A DNA stretch of 64,000 bases from Tegillarca granosa (GCA_029721355.1 CM056605.1:4406108-4470107); one strand, 5' to 3'. Shown: positions 39,096 through 52,305, numbered from the stretch's first letter. The notes: generated by a model not told the origin, from the letters alone. Made by a program: numbers and translations.

Positions 39096-40136
39096 AGCTG
39101 CAAGATAATATTGACCATTTTGGTAATTTTCTGATCAATCTTGCACCGAAAAACAAAAAAAGAAAAAAAAATATCAAAGAACAAACATTTAACATTACTG
39201 ATGTGTGATAGTGAGTGAGAAGAGATTTATAAAAGACAGATCTTATTAATTGGTCTTAGATAAGACCACCATCTGATAAAGACAATACAAAGTGATGTAT
39301 AATTATGTAGACAAAAGCTCGTCTGATTTACAATGATAGAGAATTGTCCAACACACGCGTTTCATGATTAAAGATAACCAGGGCTACGTTGACGATTGCT
39401 GTTTACGTATATTATTTACTAGACACATATCACATACACCTGCATCAAGCATTTGTCTATCTAAATGATTTGATCTATGGTCAATGATATTTTAATTAAA
39501 TGTGTATGAAAACGTCAATAACAGCAGTAAGTTGCATGCAATAACATCATTTTACCATTTTGGACAATGCAAGTAAGTTGTTAAGCCAGACCCAAAATAG
39601 GCCTTAATTTGCATGTTAGGAACGCATGTTATTGAATTAGTTGTACTTTAAAAAAAATAAAAAAAAATAAAGTCAAATAATCGTGATTTTCAAATTAACA
39701 TCATCATCAAAGAAAAATAAACCGGCAACACATAATATGCTCAAAAATATTTAATGACAACCAACAACAAAGAACAAAACTTAAATGAGAAATATATTGG
39801 AGGAAAACAATATCTTTATAAATCATCAACACAAGACATAAGAGGAAGAATGAATTCCATATAGAAATAAAAAGCACCACACAACAAGCTATAAAGAGAA
39901 ACAAATTTTCGACAGACATAATTATGACATAATTGTATAAAGTGATATGGCCTAAGCTATCTAGTTTTTCAAGGTTTTAGAAGAGATATCAAAAAAATTT
40001 GTAGCAGGCCACATACCGTTATGACGTATGCATTTTGTCGTAGTTAACTGACACCAAACTAAATGCCATCTTAGCTGGAGTATAAAATGCAGAGCTTTTC
40101 AAAATCCTTACGGGGATTTAATATGGGAAAACACAC

Positions 40137-40366
40137 AAACACTCATTCCGGAAATACATCATGCGGGTTAAGAAATTAGAACTGCGCATGACCGACTTTC
40201 TCATTTTTGCTTGCCAGGTAATATCGTCTGCTAGCTTGAAAGCAAATGGGAATATTCTGTGGTTCTAACAACAGCCATCTTACCTACAGTTGAGTGGATT
40301 ATTCCAGAGTTTTCTACCCTAACCCGCATGATTATAACAGCGATGTATTTCCGGAATGAGTGTTTC
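40137..40366. mobile_element. MITE of about 230 bp with TIRs of about 31 bp. It directly abuts the start of the 23-bp satellite.
   Basis: Left TIR 'aaacactcattccggaaatacatcatgcgggtta'. The right end 'taacccgcatgattataacagcgatgtatttccggaatgagtgtttc' is its reverse complement with a 12-bp insert. The array starts at 40367. Confidence 0.7.
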
Positions 40367-40367
40367 A

Positions 40368-40868
40368 TATCTATGTTCCATGTTCTGTAGTCTATGTTAT
40401 TTATGTTCTGTATTCTATGTTATATATGTTCTGTATTCTATGTTATATATGTTCTATATCTTCTATGTTGTCTATGTCCTGTATTCTATGTTATCTATGT
40501 TACGTATTCTGTGGTATCTATGTTCCATATTCCATGTTATCTATGTTCAATATATTTTATGTTATCTTTGTTTTACATATCCTATGTTATCTTTGTTCTG
40601 TATATTATGGTATGTATGTTCTATATATTCTATGTTATCTATGTTCTATATATTCTATGTTATCTATGTTCTATATATTCTATGTTATCTATGTTCCATT
40701 TTCAATGTTATTTAATGTTCTATATATTCTATATTATGTATGTTCTATATATTCTATGTTTTCTATGTTATGTGTTCTATGGTATCTATGTTCTGTCTTC
40801 TATAGTAATTTTGTTCCATTTTCCATGTTATTTTATGTTCTATATATTCTATGTTACCTTTTTCATAT
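40368..40868. repeat. 23-bp satellite, variant A.
   Basis: Unit 'ctatgttatctatgttctgtatt', about 21 copies, T-rich on the + strand. Confidence 0.85.
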
Positions 40869-43800
40869 AATCTACCGAAATGTTTTATATTAGTTTTGAT
40901 GTTTTTTAATTCTCGGTTACGTATGTTCTACATTCTTTTTTACCTTTGTTCTATATCTTGTTTTATCTTTGTTCTACATTCTTTTTTATCTTTATTCTAC
41001 ATTCTGTTTAATCTTTATTCTTCATTCTGTTTTATCTTTGTTCTATATTCTATTTTATCTTTGTCCTTTATTCTGTTTTATCTTTGTTCTATTTTGTGTA
41101 ATCTTTGTTCTATATCTTGTTTTATCTTTGTTCTATATTCTGTTTTCTCTTTGTTCTACATTCTGTTTTATCTTTGTTCTATATTCTGTTTTATCTTTGT
41201 ATTACATTCTGTTTTGTCTTTGTTCTATATTCTGTTTTATCTTGTTCAATATTCTGTTTTATCTTTGTTCTATATTTTGTTTTATCTTTGTCCTATATTC
41301 TGTTTTATCTTTGTTCTATTTTGTGTAATCTTTGTTCTATATTTATTTTAATCTTTGTTCTATATCTTGTTTTATCTTTGTTCTATATTCTGTTTTCTCT
41401 TTGTTCTACATTCTGTTTTATCTTTGTTCTATATTTTGTTTTATTTTTGTTCTATATTCTGTTTTATCTTGATCAATATTCTGTTTTATCTTTGTATTAC
41501 ATTCTTTTATATCTTTGTTCTATATTTTGTTTAATCTTTGTTCTACATTCTTTTTTATCTTTGTTCTACATTCTGTTTTATCTTTTTTCTACATTCTGTT
41601 TTATCTTTGTTTTATATTCTGTTTTATCTTGGTTCTATGTTTTGTGTTATCTTTGTTCTATATTCTGTTTTATCTTGTTCAATATTTGTTTTATCTTTGT
41701 TCAACATTCTTTTTTACCTTTGTTCTATATTTTGTTTTATCTTTGTTCTACATTCTTATTTATCTTTATTCTACATTCTGTTTTATCTTTGTTCTATATT
41801 CTGTTTTATCTTTGTTCTATATTTTGTGTAATCTTTGTTCTATATTCTGTTTTATCTTTGTTCTATATTCTGTGTAATCTTTGTTCTACATTCTATTTTA
41901 TCTTGTTCTACATTCTGTTTAATCTTTGTTGTATATTCTGTTTAATCTTGTTCTATATTCTGTTTTATCTTTGTTCTACATTATTTTATATCTTTGTTTT
42001 ATATCTTGTTTAATCTTTGTTCTACATTCTTTTTTATCTTTGCTCTATATCTTGTTTTATCTTTGTTCTACAGTCTTTTTTATCTTTATTCTACATTCTG
42101 TTTTATCTTTGTTCTACATTCTTTTTTATCTTTATTCTACATTCTGTTTTATCTTTGTTCTACATTCTGTTTTATCTTTGTTCTATATTCTGTTTTATCT
42201 TTGTTCTATATTCTTTTTTATCTTTATTCTACATTCTGTTTTATCTTTGTTCTATATTCTGTTTTATCTTTGTTGTATATTTTGTTTATCTTTGTTCTAT
42301 AAATTGTTTTATCTTTGTTGTATATTTTGTTTATCTTTGTTCTATATTTTGTTTCATCTTTGTTCTATATTTTGTTTTATCTTTGTTCTATATTCTTTTT
42401 TATCTTTATTCTACATTCTGTTTATCTTTGTTCTATATTCTGTTTTATCTTTGTTCTATATTTTGTTTTATCTTTGTTGTATATTTTGTTTATCTTTGTT
42501 CTATATTTTGTTTTATCTTTGTTGTATATTTTGTTTATCTTTGTTTTTAATTTTGTTTCACCTTTGTTCTATATTTTGTTTTATCTTTGTTGTATATTCT
42601 TTTTTATCTTTATTCTACATTCTGTTTTATCTTTGTTCTATATTTATTTTAATCTTTGTTCTATATTTTGTTTTATCTTTGTTCTATATTCTGTTTTCTC
42701 TTTGTTCTACATTCTGTTTTATCTTTGTTCTATATTTTGTTTTATTTTTGTTCTATATTCTGTTTTATCTTGATCAATATTCTGTTTTATCTTTGTATTA
42801 CATTCTTTTATATCTTTGTTCTATATTTTGTTTAATCTTTGTTCTACATTCTTTTTTATGTTTGTTCTACATTCTGTTTTATCTTTTTTCTACATTCTGT
42901 TTTATCTTTGTTTTATATTCTGTTTTATCTTGGTTATATGTTTTGTGTTATCTTTGTTCTATATTCTGTTTTATCTTTGTTCTATATTCTGTTTTATCTT
43001 GTTCAATATTTGTCTTATCTTTGTTCAACATTCTTTTTTACCTTTGTTCTATATTTTGTTTTATCTTTGTTCTACATTCTTATTTATCTTTATTCTACAT
43101 TCTGTTTTATCTTTGTTCTATATTCTGTGTAATCTTTGTTCTATATTCTGTTTTATCTTTGTTCTATATTTTGTGTAATCTTTGTTCTACATTCTATTTT
43201 ATCTTGTTCTACATTCTGTTTAATCTTTGTTGTATATTCTGTTTAATCTTGTTCTATATTCTGTTTTATCTTTGTTCTACATTATTTTATATCTTTGTTT
43301 TATATCTTGTTTAATCTTTGTTCTACATTCTTTTTTATCTTTGCTCTATATCTTGTTTTATCTTTGTTCTACAGTCTTTTTTATCTTTATTCTACATTCT
43401 GTTTTATCTTTTTTCTACATTCTTTTTTATCTTTATTCTACATTCTGTTTTATCTTTGTTCTACATTCTGTTTTATCTTTGTTCTATATTCTGTTTTATC
43501 TTTGTTCAATATTCTTTTTTATCTTTATTCTACATTCTGTTTTATCTTTGTTCTATATTCTGTTTTATCTTTGTTGTATATTTTGTTTATCTTTGTTCTA
43601 TAAATTGTTTTATCTTTGTTGTATATTTTGTTTATCTTTGTTCTATATTTTGTTTCATCTTTGTTCTATATTTTGTTTTATCTTTGTTCTATATTCTTTT
43701 TTATCTTTATTCTACATTCTGTTTATCTTTGTTCTATATTCTGTTTTATCTTTGTTCTATATTCTGTTTTATCTTTGTTGTATATTTTGTTTATCTTTGT

Positions 43801-45725
43801 TCTATATTTTGTTTTATCTTTGTTGTATATTTTGTTTATCTTTGTTTTTAATTTTGTTTCACCTTTGTTCTATATTTTGTTTTATCTTTGTTGTATATTC
43901 TTTTTTATCTTTATTCTACATTCTGTTTTATCTTTGTTCTATATTTATTTTAATCTTTGTTCTATATTTTGTTTTATCTTTGTTCTATATTCTGTTTTCT
44001 CTTTGTTCTACATTCTGTTTTATCTTTGTTCTATATTTTGTTTTATTTTTGTTCTATATTCTGTTTTATCTTGATCAATATTCTGTTTTATCTTTGTATT
44101 ACATTCTTTTATATCTTTGTTCTATATTTTGTTTAATCTTTGTTCTACATTCTTTTTTATCTTTGTTCTACATTCTGTTTTATCTTTTTTCTACATTCTG
44201 TTTTATCTTTGTTTTATATTCTGTTTTATCTTGGTTATATGTTTTGTGTTATCTTTGTTCTATATTCTGTTTTATTTTTGTTCTATATTCTGTTTTATCT
44301 TGTTCAATATTTGTCTTATCTTTGTTCAACATTCTTTTTTACCTTTGTTCTATATTTTGTTTTATCTTTGTTCTACATTCTTATTTATCTTTATTCTACA
44401 TTCTGTTTTATCTTTGTTCTATATTCTGTTTTATCTTTGTTCTATATTTTGTGTAATCTTTGTTCTATATTCTGTTTTATCTTTGTTCTATATTCTGTGT
44501 AATCTTTGTTCTACATTCTATTTTATCTTGTTCTACATTCTGTTTAATCTTTGTTGTATATTCTGTTTAATCTTGTTCTATATTCTGTTTTATCTTTGTT
44601 CTACATTATTTTATATCTTTGTTTTATATCTTGTTTAATCTTTGTTCTACATTCTTTTTTATCTTTGCTCTATATCTTGTTTTATCTTTGTTCTACAGTC
44701 TTTTTTATCTTTATTCTACATTCTGTTTTATCTTTTTTCTACATTCTTTTTTATCTTTATTCTACATTCTGTTTTATCTTTGTTCTACATTCTGTTTTAT
44801 CTTTGTTCTATATTCTGTTTTATCTTTGTTCAATATTCTTTTTTATCTTTATTCTACATTCTGTTTTATCTTTGTTCTATATTCTGTTTTATCTTTGTTG
44901 TATATTTTGTTAATCTTTGTTCTATAAATTGTTTTATCTTTGTTCTATATTTTGTTTCATCTTTGTTCTATATTTTGTTTTATCTTTGTTCTATATTCTT
45001 TTTTATCTTTATTCTACATTCTGTTTATCTTTGTTCTATATTCTGTTTTATCTTTGTTCTATATTCTGTTTTATCTTTGTTGTATATTTTGTTTATCTTT
45101 GTTCTATAAATTGTTTTATCTTTGTTGTATATTTTGTTTATCTTTGTTCTATATTTTGTTTCATCTTTGTTCTATATTTTGTTTTATCTTTGTTCTATAT
45201 TTTGTTTTATCTTTATTCTACATTCTGTTTATCTTTGTTCTATATTCTGTTTTATCTTTGTTCTATATTCTGTTTTATCTTTGTTGTATATTTTGTTTAT
45301 CTTTGTTCTATATTTTGTTTTATCTTTGTTGTATATTTTGTTTATCTTTGTTTTTAATTTTGTTTCACCTTTGTTCTATATTTTGTTTTATCTTGTTGTA
45401 TATTCTTTTTATCTTTATTCTACATTCTGTTTTATCTTTGTTCTATATTCTGTTTTATCTTTGTTCTATATTTTGTGTAATCTTTGTTCTATATTCTGTT
45501 TTATCTTTGTTCTACATTCTTTTTTATCTTTATTCTACATTCTGTTTTATCTTTGTTCTATATTCTGTTTAATCTTTGTTCTACATTCTTTTTATCTTCA
45601 TTCTACATTCTGTTTTATCTTTGTTCTATATTCTGTTTTCTCTTTGTTCTATATTTTGTTTTATCTTTGTTCTATATTTTGTTTTATCTTTGTTCTATAT
45701 TTTGTTTTATCTTTGTTATGTTTTA
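40869..45725. repeat. 23-bp satellite, variant B, about 210 monomers, with a higher-order repeat of about 1301 bp.
   Basis: Monomer 'ttttatctttgttctacattctg'. Diagnostic stretches such as 'ctatatttattttaatctttgttc' recur at about 41340, 42640 and 43940. Identical artefactual + strand ORFs recur at 41515/42816/44117, 41994/43295/44619 and 42017/43318/44642, giving spacings of 1301 and 1301-1324 bp. Confidence 0.9.
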
Positions 45726-47203
45726 TAACCTTTATTTGTGCCTAAATTAATGTGTTTTTATAAAATAAAATGTTAATCACACTCTAACACGGAGTTGCTA
45801 CTAGCATTTTTGAATCCTTATCAAGGTTGTAAAAATGCTCATTTCCGCTGCAGTTTGAATCCATATAACAGATATATCTAGAAATTATAATAGTAATAAA
45901 ACAAAAAATTTCTAGATGTTTCTATATCAACATACCAATATAATATAGAAATAAATCAACCAGCATTTCTTTTGAAATTATACAGTGTCAAACTGTAATC
46001 ATCAGAGACTTATAATACCAGGAAGACATTTTATTTAAATAAAACATCCAATCTCTTCATGTCTGTTTTCAAAACAGAATTTTAAACAAAATGGTAAGTT
46101 TCTTTGACTTGTGACTTTACTGTTTTATCAGACCTTAACATTTAATCTCACATGTGCCAAGGACTGAGGACTAATATTATGTCATAATCACTCTATCGCA
46201 CTCAGCATAATCACTAAACTCGCAAACACAAGAAACAAGGGATTATAAGGTGTAAGAACCTATTGCGTCACTTGGCGTGATTACTAAAGGAAACCAATTA
46301 CGTCATATCTGTCTTGTCACACCAGTCGGTGTGATGACTTAAACTTGCACAAGACCACATTATGTTATAACCATACTTTATTTATGTCATGAATATAACA
46401 TTTCTAATCGGATGACAGTTCATATTGTCATCAAAAACTAGTACATTATCAACAGAAACAACCAAATATTGCCATCTTTAATGCTGTATAATTAGTAAAT
46501 ATTGTATACTTGATTGAATTCTGATCGTCTTTAAATCTTGGGTTTTTTCCTTAAAATAAGATGTACAATGTATCTGAATAAAGTGTATTTTTGCTGTCCC
46601 TTAAGTATCGTAACATTTTTATCTAAAACACAGAAATTTAAACAATGTAATTTTGTCTGAACATGAATATTTCTATTTGGAGTAAAGATTTTATTGAGTG
46701 ATCTACATGTAACAAGTAGTAGAGGATATCTTTAATATTACATCATTGTACACCCAGTCACTACTTATCTTAAAAGACATCAAATACATACAAGATATCA
46801 GCACAAAATACATCACTGTATAGCAATGCTTTTTGTAAAAATAAAAAAAAATTAAAAAATAAATACATTAAAATAAATAAATAAACAAATAAATATAGTA
46901 ATTAATTTATAAAGTCTTTTAGTTTACCGTGCATTGTTACCGGACCTTACAACATAATGGCTGACTATCAATATAATTAGAAAAGAAGTGAAGTTTCATA
47001 AATTTGCTCTGATTCCTTCCACATTTGGCCTTGTCCAAGCAACAATACTTTACTGGGTGCCCAAAGTTAACATCCCACTACATCCTTAAGATGATGAGGA
47101 TGGGTTTAATTTTAACTTACAAGTGGGTCTAAAAGCCAAACATTTATCCCCTAATGTCGATACAGGAAGTACGTATACCAGGTTCACATGTTAGTATAAT
47201 ACC

Positions 47204-47469
47204 CAGGCCCCAGTTTCACAACCATTCCCTCAACTGAGTGTACACTCAACTCAATTATTCCTATTTTTCTTTCATTAATATTTCTAAAAAATTAAGTTCT
47301 ATAAGACAGTGTTATGTTTTGTTCAACAAAGCTACTCTAAACAATTTTAAGAAAACAATAGATATTAAATTTTAACTGCTTAATGTCTTAAAAACTGACG
47401 TTGAAATATTCCCTAATTTGAGTTGAGTGCACACTCAGTTGAGTGAATGATTGTGAAACTGGGACCAGG
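47204..47469. mobile_element. MITE of about 265 bp with TIRs of about 50 bp.
   Basis: Left 'ccaggccccagtttcacaaccattccctcaactgagtgtacactcaactcaa'. The right end reverse complement is 'cctggtcccagtttcacaatcattcactcaactgagtgtgcactcaactcaa'. The core is AT-rich and non-coding. Confidence 0.75.
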
Positions 47470-48159
47470 TAGACTTATCACCCAGAGAACTAGAGTTTGC
47501 TTTTGATGCTAACGATGGGCATATCCACACAATGGTGTTGTACTTGAATAATTAGTGGAATATTTTAATAAAACATAATTAAAATAAAAATTATCACTAG
47601 TTTACAAATGAAAAAGTCGACCGAGAATTATGATAGCAAACACTTTGATTTTAAGTTGTATAACAAACGCTTAGTTTATAATAACAGCAGAATCTCTGTA
47701 CAATTTATAAATGCCGAACAACTCATTATAGTCTTACCGTGTATATGTTATCAAGCTTTAAAATCGCTTAAAACTCAATCTTTATAAGAAACGGTAGGGT
47801 TAAGTGAACTCTTGACAATATTTAAAAAAATTTTTTCAACCTTTAGATGTAAAACATTTGATAGAATTCCATAACATTGTTAACTTCTGAAGTCAAGCAT
47901 ACGGAAGTTTAAAGGCTTAACTTGATTGTGCATTATAGCGGATTTTTTTGAGTTAAAGTGGTAAAAAGAATCATTAAGCAACAAAAGTGCACTGCTGCAG
48001 TCATGTCATTTTAAAAATATACCTTAAATTTTGTACCATAAGAATTTTACATATACGTTTCTTTTGCTGACAAGTGTACTGTACCATTAATATAAAAAAT
48101 AGCATCTACGTAATTCAGATTTAATTGGATTAAAAGTGTTAAAACCTAGGTAAGATTCT

Positions 48160-48295
48160 TTACACGGACGGTTAAAAATGGTGATGGAAACCGTAGTACC
48201 CGGAAAAAACCACCTACCTTCGGCAAGCGACCTGAAAAACTTTCTTACACTAGAATCTGCTGGAGTTGGATTTGTATCTGTACGGCAAAAAATTT
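48160..48295 (-). mobile_element. SINE family A fragment (body only).
   Basis: 'ggtgatggaaaccgtagtacccggaaaaaaccacctaccttcggcaagcgacctgaaaaactttcttacactagaatctg' matches 57361-57480. Confidence 0.6.
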
Positions 48296-48359
48296 AACAA
48301 CATCTTCTTTTCAAATCGACAAACAATAATACATTTGGTACGTAATAAACATACAACTG

Positions 48360-49425
48360 TTAGTCAGATAACAACCAATTGTTAATACAGAAACAACTTC
48401 TTGTTTTTATCAACAACCATTTGTCATTGAACAAGCAAACAATTATCAATCATCAAAGAAAAATAAATAACTCATCAACATATAACCAACTGTCAATCAT
48501 GAAAGAAAATCAATTACCCATCAACAAATAACCAACTGTCAATCATCAAACAAAATCAATTATTTATCAATATATAACCAACTGTCAATCATCAAACAAA
48601 ATCAATTACCCATCAATATATAACCAACTGTCAATCATCAAACAAAATCAATTACCTATCAACATATAACCAACTGTCAATCATCAAACAAAATCAATTA
48701 CCCATCAATATATAACCAACTGTCAATCATCAAACAAAATCAATGACCCATCAATATATAACCAACTGTCAACCATCAAACAAGATCAATTACCCATCAC
48801 TTAATAACCAGCTGTCAATTATCAAACAAAATCAATTACACATCAACGTATAACCAACTGTCAATCATCAAACAAAATCAATGACCCATCAACATATAAC
48901 CAACTGTCAATCATCAAACAAAATCAATTACCCATCAACATATAACCAACTGTCAATCATCAAAGAAAATCAATGACCCATCAACATATAACCAACTGTC
49001 AATCATCAAACAAAATCAATGACCCATCACATATAACCAACTGTCAACCATCAAACAAAATCAATGACCCATCAACATATAACCAACTGTCAATCATCAA
49101 ACAAGATCAATGACCCATCAACATATAACCAACTGTCAATCATCAAACAAAATCAATGACCCATCAACATATAACCAACTGTCAATCATCAAACAAAATC
49201 AATTACCCATCAATAAATAACCAACTGTCAATTATCAAAGAAAATCAATTACCCATCAACATATAACCAACTGTCAATCATCAAACAAAATCAATGACCC
49301 ATCAACATATAACCAACTGTCAATCATCAAACAAAATCAATGACCCATCAACATATAACCAACTGTCAATCATCAAACAAAATCAATTACCCATCAACAT
49401 ATAACCAACTGTCAATCATCAAACT
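48360..49425. repeat. 46-bp satellite of about 22 copies, ending about 800 bp upstream of the GPCR start codon.
   Basis: Unit 'caactgtcaatcatcaaacaaaatcaattacccatcaacatataac', with the variants 'aatgaccc' and 'aattaccc'. There is 1 G per unit on the + strand. Confidence 0.9.
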
Positions 49426-50224
49426 ACACAATGTTTTTGACCAGAATCTTTATAAGGATTGTAATTTGTCTATTTGTCCTGTTAATCATTGCCTGTGACA
49501 GATATGGGTTTTTTCCCTACAAATTGTCAATTTGATATTGATTGTGTCGTTCTTCCGACAAATGTATTGCCTATCCAATGCAAATTTAGTTTACATAAAA
49601 AGACTTATGTCAATCGTCAGATTTTTTGAACAATTCAATAATTTGATTTTCGTCTAACGTATTAAGTTAGTCACTGCTAGATCACAGCACTTTGATATAT
49701 GTTTATAACAAGAAAAAGTTATTTAACATTTATTGAAACAATTCATTTAAATATTTAGCTCATAATATGATTTTTTTTCGAAAAAAAAACGGTTTAATAA
49801 ATTGATGCCTTTTTGTGAATGCAGGTTACATTCATTCACAGATTCTTATTGATAAGCCAACAGAAAGCAGCCACGTGGTCTACTTTTCAACTTGATTTTA
49901 TTTACGCTATGTAATTGGCGGAGTATATCATACGAGGGATGTTAGACTTTCTTTTTTTCCTTAGATGGAGAATTTATTCACAAATGAACACGCTATGATG
50001 TATTGCTTAGGCAGACGCCCACATGTGTGTATATATGATAGAAGAAGTCAAGTCTAAAGACTAATGAATCGAAGGGATTCCTGCAGACTAGTAAAGAATG
50101 TTTGTTAAAACATCAATCGATATAACATGATTCGAAGACAGAATATAAAGAGCTAGCCATGCTCCGGATTGCTATCAATGACTTAAGCGCATCTATCTAA
50201 ATATGTTGTGTTTTGTGAACACCA

Positions 50225-51882
50225 ATGGATTGGATGATGACCGGAATTATTTTAAATCACTCCCAATTAGAAGTGTCGTCAGCATCCGAGGATATAAATT
50301 ACACTTACAGATATTTAAATGAGTCAGATCATTTAGAGTATGGAAACATGACTTCGGTTTCTGAAGTTTTAAACACTGCGATAACTGTTTTCGGAATTTT
50401 TGTAATAGTGGCAACAGTTTTAGGAAATCTTTTAGTTATTGCTGCAATATTTTGTGACAGGAGGTTGAGACGAGTTGGTAACATTTTTATTGTTAACTTG
50501 GCAATAAGTGACATTCTAGTTGGGGTACTCGTTACCCCCTTAGCGTTGTTTTATCAACTTTCAGACTACTGGCCATTTGGATTACAGTTATGTAACTTTT
50601 GGGTATCTGTTGATGTTATATGCTGCACAGCTAGCATTGTTAATTTGTGTGTAATAAGTTACGACCGATATAATGCCATAATTAGACCTTTAAAATATGC
50701 TCGACAGAGAACGGCTAAAAGAGCCTTCGCACTTGTCGTCTTTGTATGGCTTTATGCCGTTGTAATCGCTGTCCCGCCATTTTTTGGTTGGAGAAAACAA
50801 TCGGAGATAGATAATCATTTAATATGCGGGATTTCGCAAGAACTTGGATACACTTTTTATTCTACAATTGCTGCATTTTACTTACCTTTGTTGATTCATG
50901 ATTTTCTTTTATGCCAAAATATTTCGAGTGACAAGTAAAAGAGGCAAGCAATGGGTCCGTGGACCAGGTTCTAGTAGATTACAGAGCCATAAGTGGGGTA
51001 AATTGCCAAAATCAGACGGTTGCTTGTTGTAGATTTTTGTTAAATAGGTTACGGTCGGAAAATCCACAAAGATTGAGACAAGATTCAACAACTTCTACCA
51101 CGTCATCAACGATACATAGGCGTAGTACAGTTGAAATGCCTTCCGATATCCGTACGGGAACTTTTTTGCTAGGTGCCAGAAACAGTTCAGTTTGTTCAAC
51201 GGCTGACGTTGTAATCGAAATTTCGCAAGGTAGGCGAAAACAAACAATCCAGAGACGAATGTTTCAGAGACAAATTTCAAACTTAACAAGCGATTCAAGC
51301 GGAACTTGTTCAACGAGTACTACAGGAACATCGGAGACATCTTTCTCGGATTCATCTTCGGATCGCCGATCTATTCAGCGAGCATCAAATGTTTTGCATA
51401 ATTTAGTAGCTGCTAATTTAATCGAAATTGCATCATTGCAAGAATCGCTTAAGGCTGTAAAATTTACTCAGCGCCCTCGTGATGTTCAATGTGCTTCCAG
51501 TGGCGATGAATTGGAAAGAGAAAAGGAAATACCACCAGTATTAAAAGAGGAGGAAAAGGAAGAAACCCCTCTTCCGGACTTGCCTTTAAAAAGAAAATGT
51601 AAAAACTTTTCTTTACCACAAGAGAGACGAGCAGTTAAAACATTAGGGATTGTGGTAGGATGTTTTGTTGTATGTTGGGTTCCGTTTTTTGTTGTGGAAT
51701 TATTAAAACCTTTATGTGTTGATTGTTATATTGACCCGATTATAAAGAATACTGTTATGTGGTTAGGATATTGCAACTCCGCGTGTAATCCAGTAATATA
51801 CACTTTTTTCAATAAGGATTTTAGGTGTGCCTTTAAAAAGATATTCCAGTGTAAAAGTTATGCATCGCCTACATATCTTTAG
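50225..51882 (+). CDS. Intronless biogenic-amine GPCR of the 5-HT1 (serotonin type 1) family. The genomic frame is disrupted by two +1 shifts (50897, and 50932-51029), so this may be a pseudogene or may carry assembly indels.
   Basis: The ATG at 50225 opens an N-terminus with four N-glycosylation sequons (NHS, NYT, NES, NMT). TM1 is 'GIFVIVATVLGNLLVIAAI'. TM2 is 'NLAISDILVGVLVTP'. TM3 is 'WVSVDVICCTASIVNLCVISYDRY' with D3.32 and DRY. TM4 is 'VVFVWLYAVVIAVPPFFGW'. TM5 is 'YSTIAAFYLPLLI' in frame 2 and continues 'MIFFYAKIFRVTSKRGKQ' in frame 3 after an extra 'c' at 50897. ICL3 is long and Ser/Thr-rich, running in frame 1 from before 51031. TM6 is 'KTLGIVVGCFVVCWVPFF'. TM7 is 'WLGYCNSACNPVIYTFFNKDFRCAFKKIFQCK', with NPxxY and a short tail resembling vertebrate 5-HT1A 'NKDFQNAFKKIIKCKF'. 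The stop TAG is at 51880-51882. Confidence 0.8.
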
Positions 51883-51883
51883 G

Positions 51884-51889
51884 AATAAA
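51884..51889 (+). promoter_or_regulatory. AATAAA hexamer 1 nt after the GPCR stop codon, a candidate polyadenylation signal.
   Basis: 'tag g aataaa gtc'. No downstream poly(A) tract is present, so this is a signal only. It could be chance in AT-rich DNA. Confidence 0.3.
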
Positions 51890-52305
51890 GTCAAATTTCC
51901 TAGTAAAATATCATTAATCATTTAACGGTGAGTCATAACAATAACGTAATATTTAAACCTATTGGGATTTTGTGTGTTTTGAATTTCATATCATGACACT
52001 TTGGTTGTGATGTTTTATTTAACTTTTCGAATTTAAAAGATTCAATACATTTTATTTTATATAAATGGCAGAAAGGTTTATTGTAAAGAAGAGGTTACAT
52101 TTGTTATATATTTTGTAGTTTCTGCCTTTTCCAAAGTGATATAAAGTAAAAATAAAAAAAAAACAACACACTTTTGTTTATGATATATTTATTTAAGAAG
52201 CAAGTTGTTACACAATTCAAAATATTTAGTTTTCTGAGTTGAATATCAAATGTCATGCCACTATTGTTTCTCAAAAAGCATTGTAAAACAAAAACTTGTT
52301 TGATG

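Noticed and set aside
40356-45750. About 30 overlapping + strand ORFs of up to 462 aa ('MFYILFYLCSIFCFIFVLYSVLS...').
   Set aside because: They arise from translation of the T-rich 23-bp satellite in three frames. They recur exactly with the 1301-bp HOR and are not genes.
50019-50027. A TATA-like 'gtatatatg' about 200 bp upstream of the GPCR ATG as the promoter.
   Set aside because: TATA-like strings are frequent in DNA with this AT content, and there are no supporting CpG or initiator features. It is not callable.
50993-51032. A micro-intron (donor 'aa|gtgggg', acceptor 'ttgttgtag|a') as the explanation for the second GPCR frame change.
   Set aside because: It would restore the frame ('..SH|KFLLNRL..') but the intron would be only 40 bp with a weak donor. 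The first shift at 50897 cannot be an intron in any case, so an indel is the more economical explanation for both.
50329-51313. Minus-strand ORFs (61, 60 and 72 aa) inside the GPCR locus.
   Set aside because: They are antisense to a well-supported coding region, short and without homology. They are chance ORFs.
51880-51900. A processed-retrocopy origin for the intronless GPCR (AATAAA right after the stop).
   Set aside because: There is no downstream poly(A) tract and no flanking direct repeats. Aminergic GPCRs of this class are commonly intronless natively.
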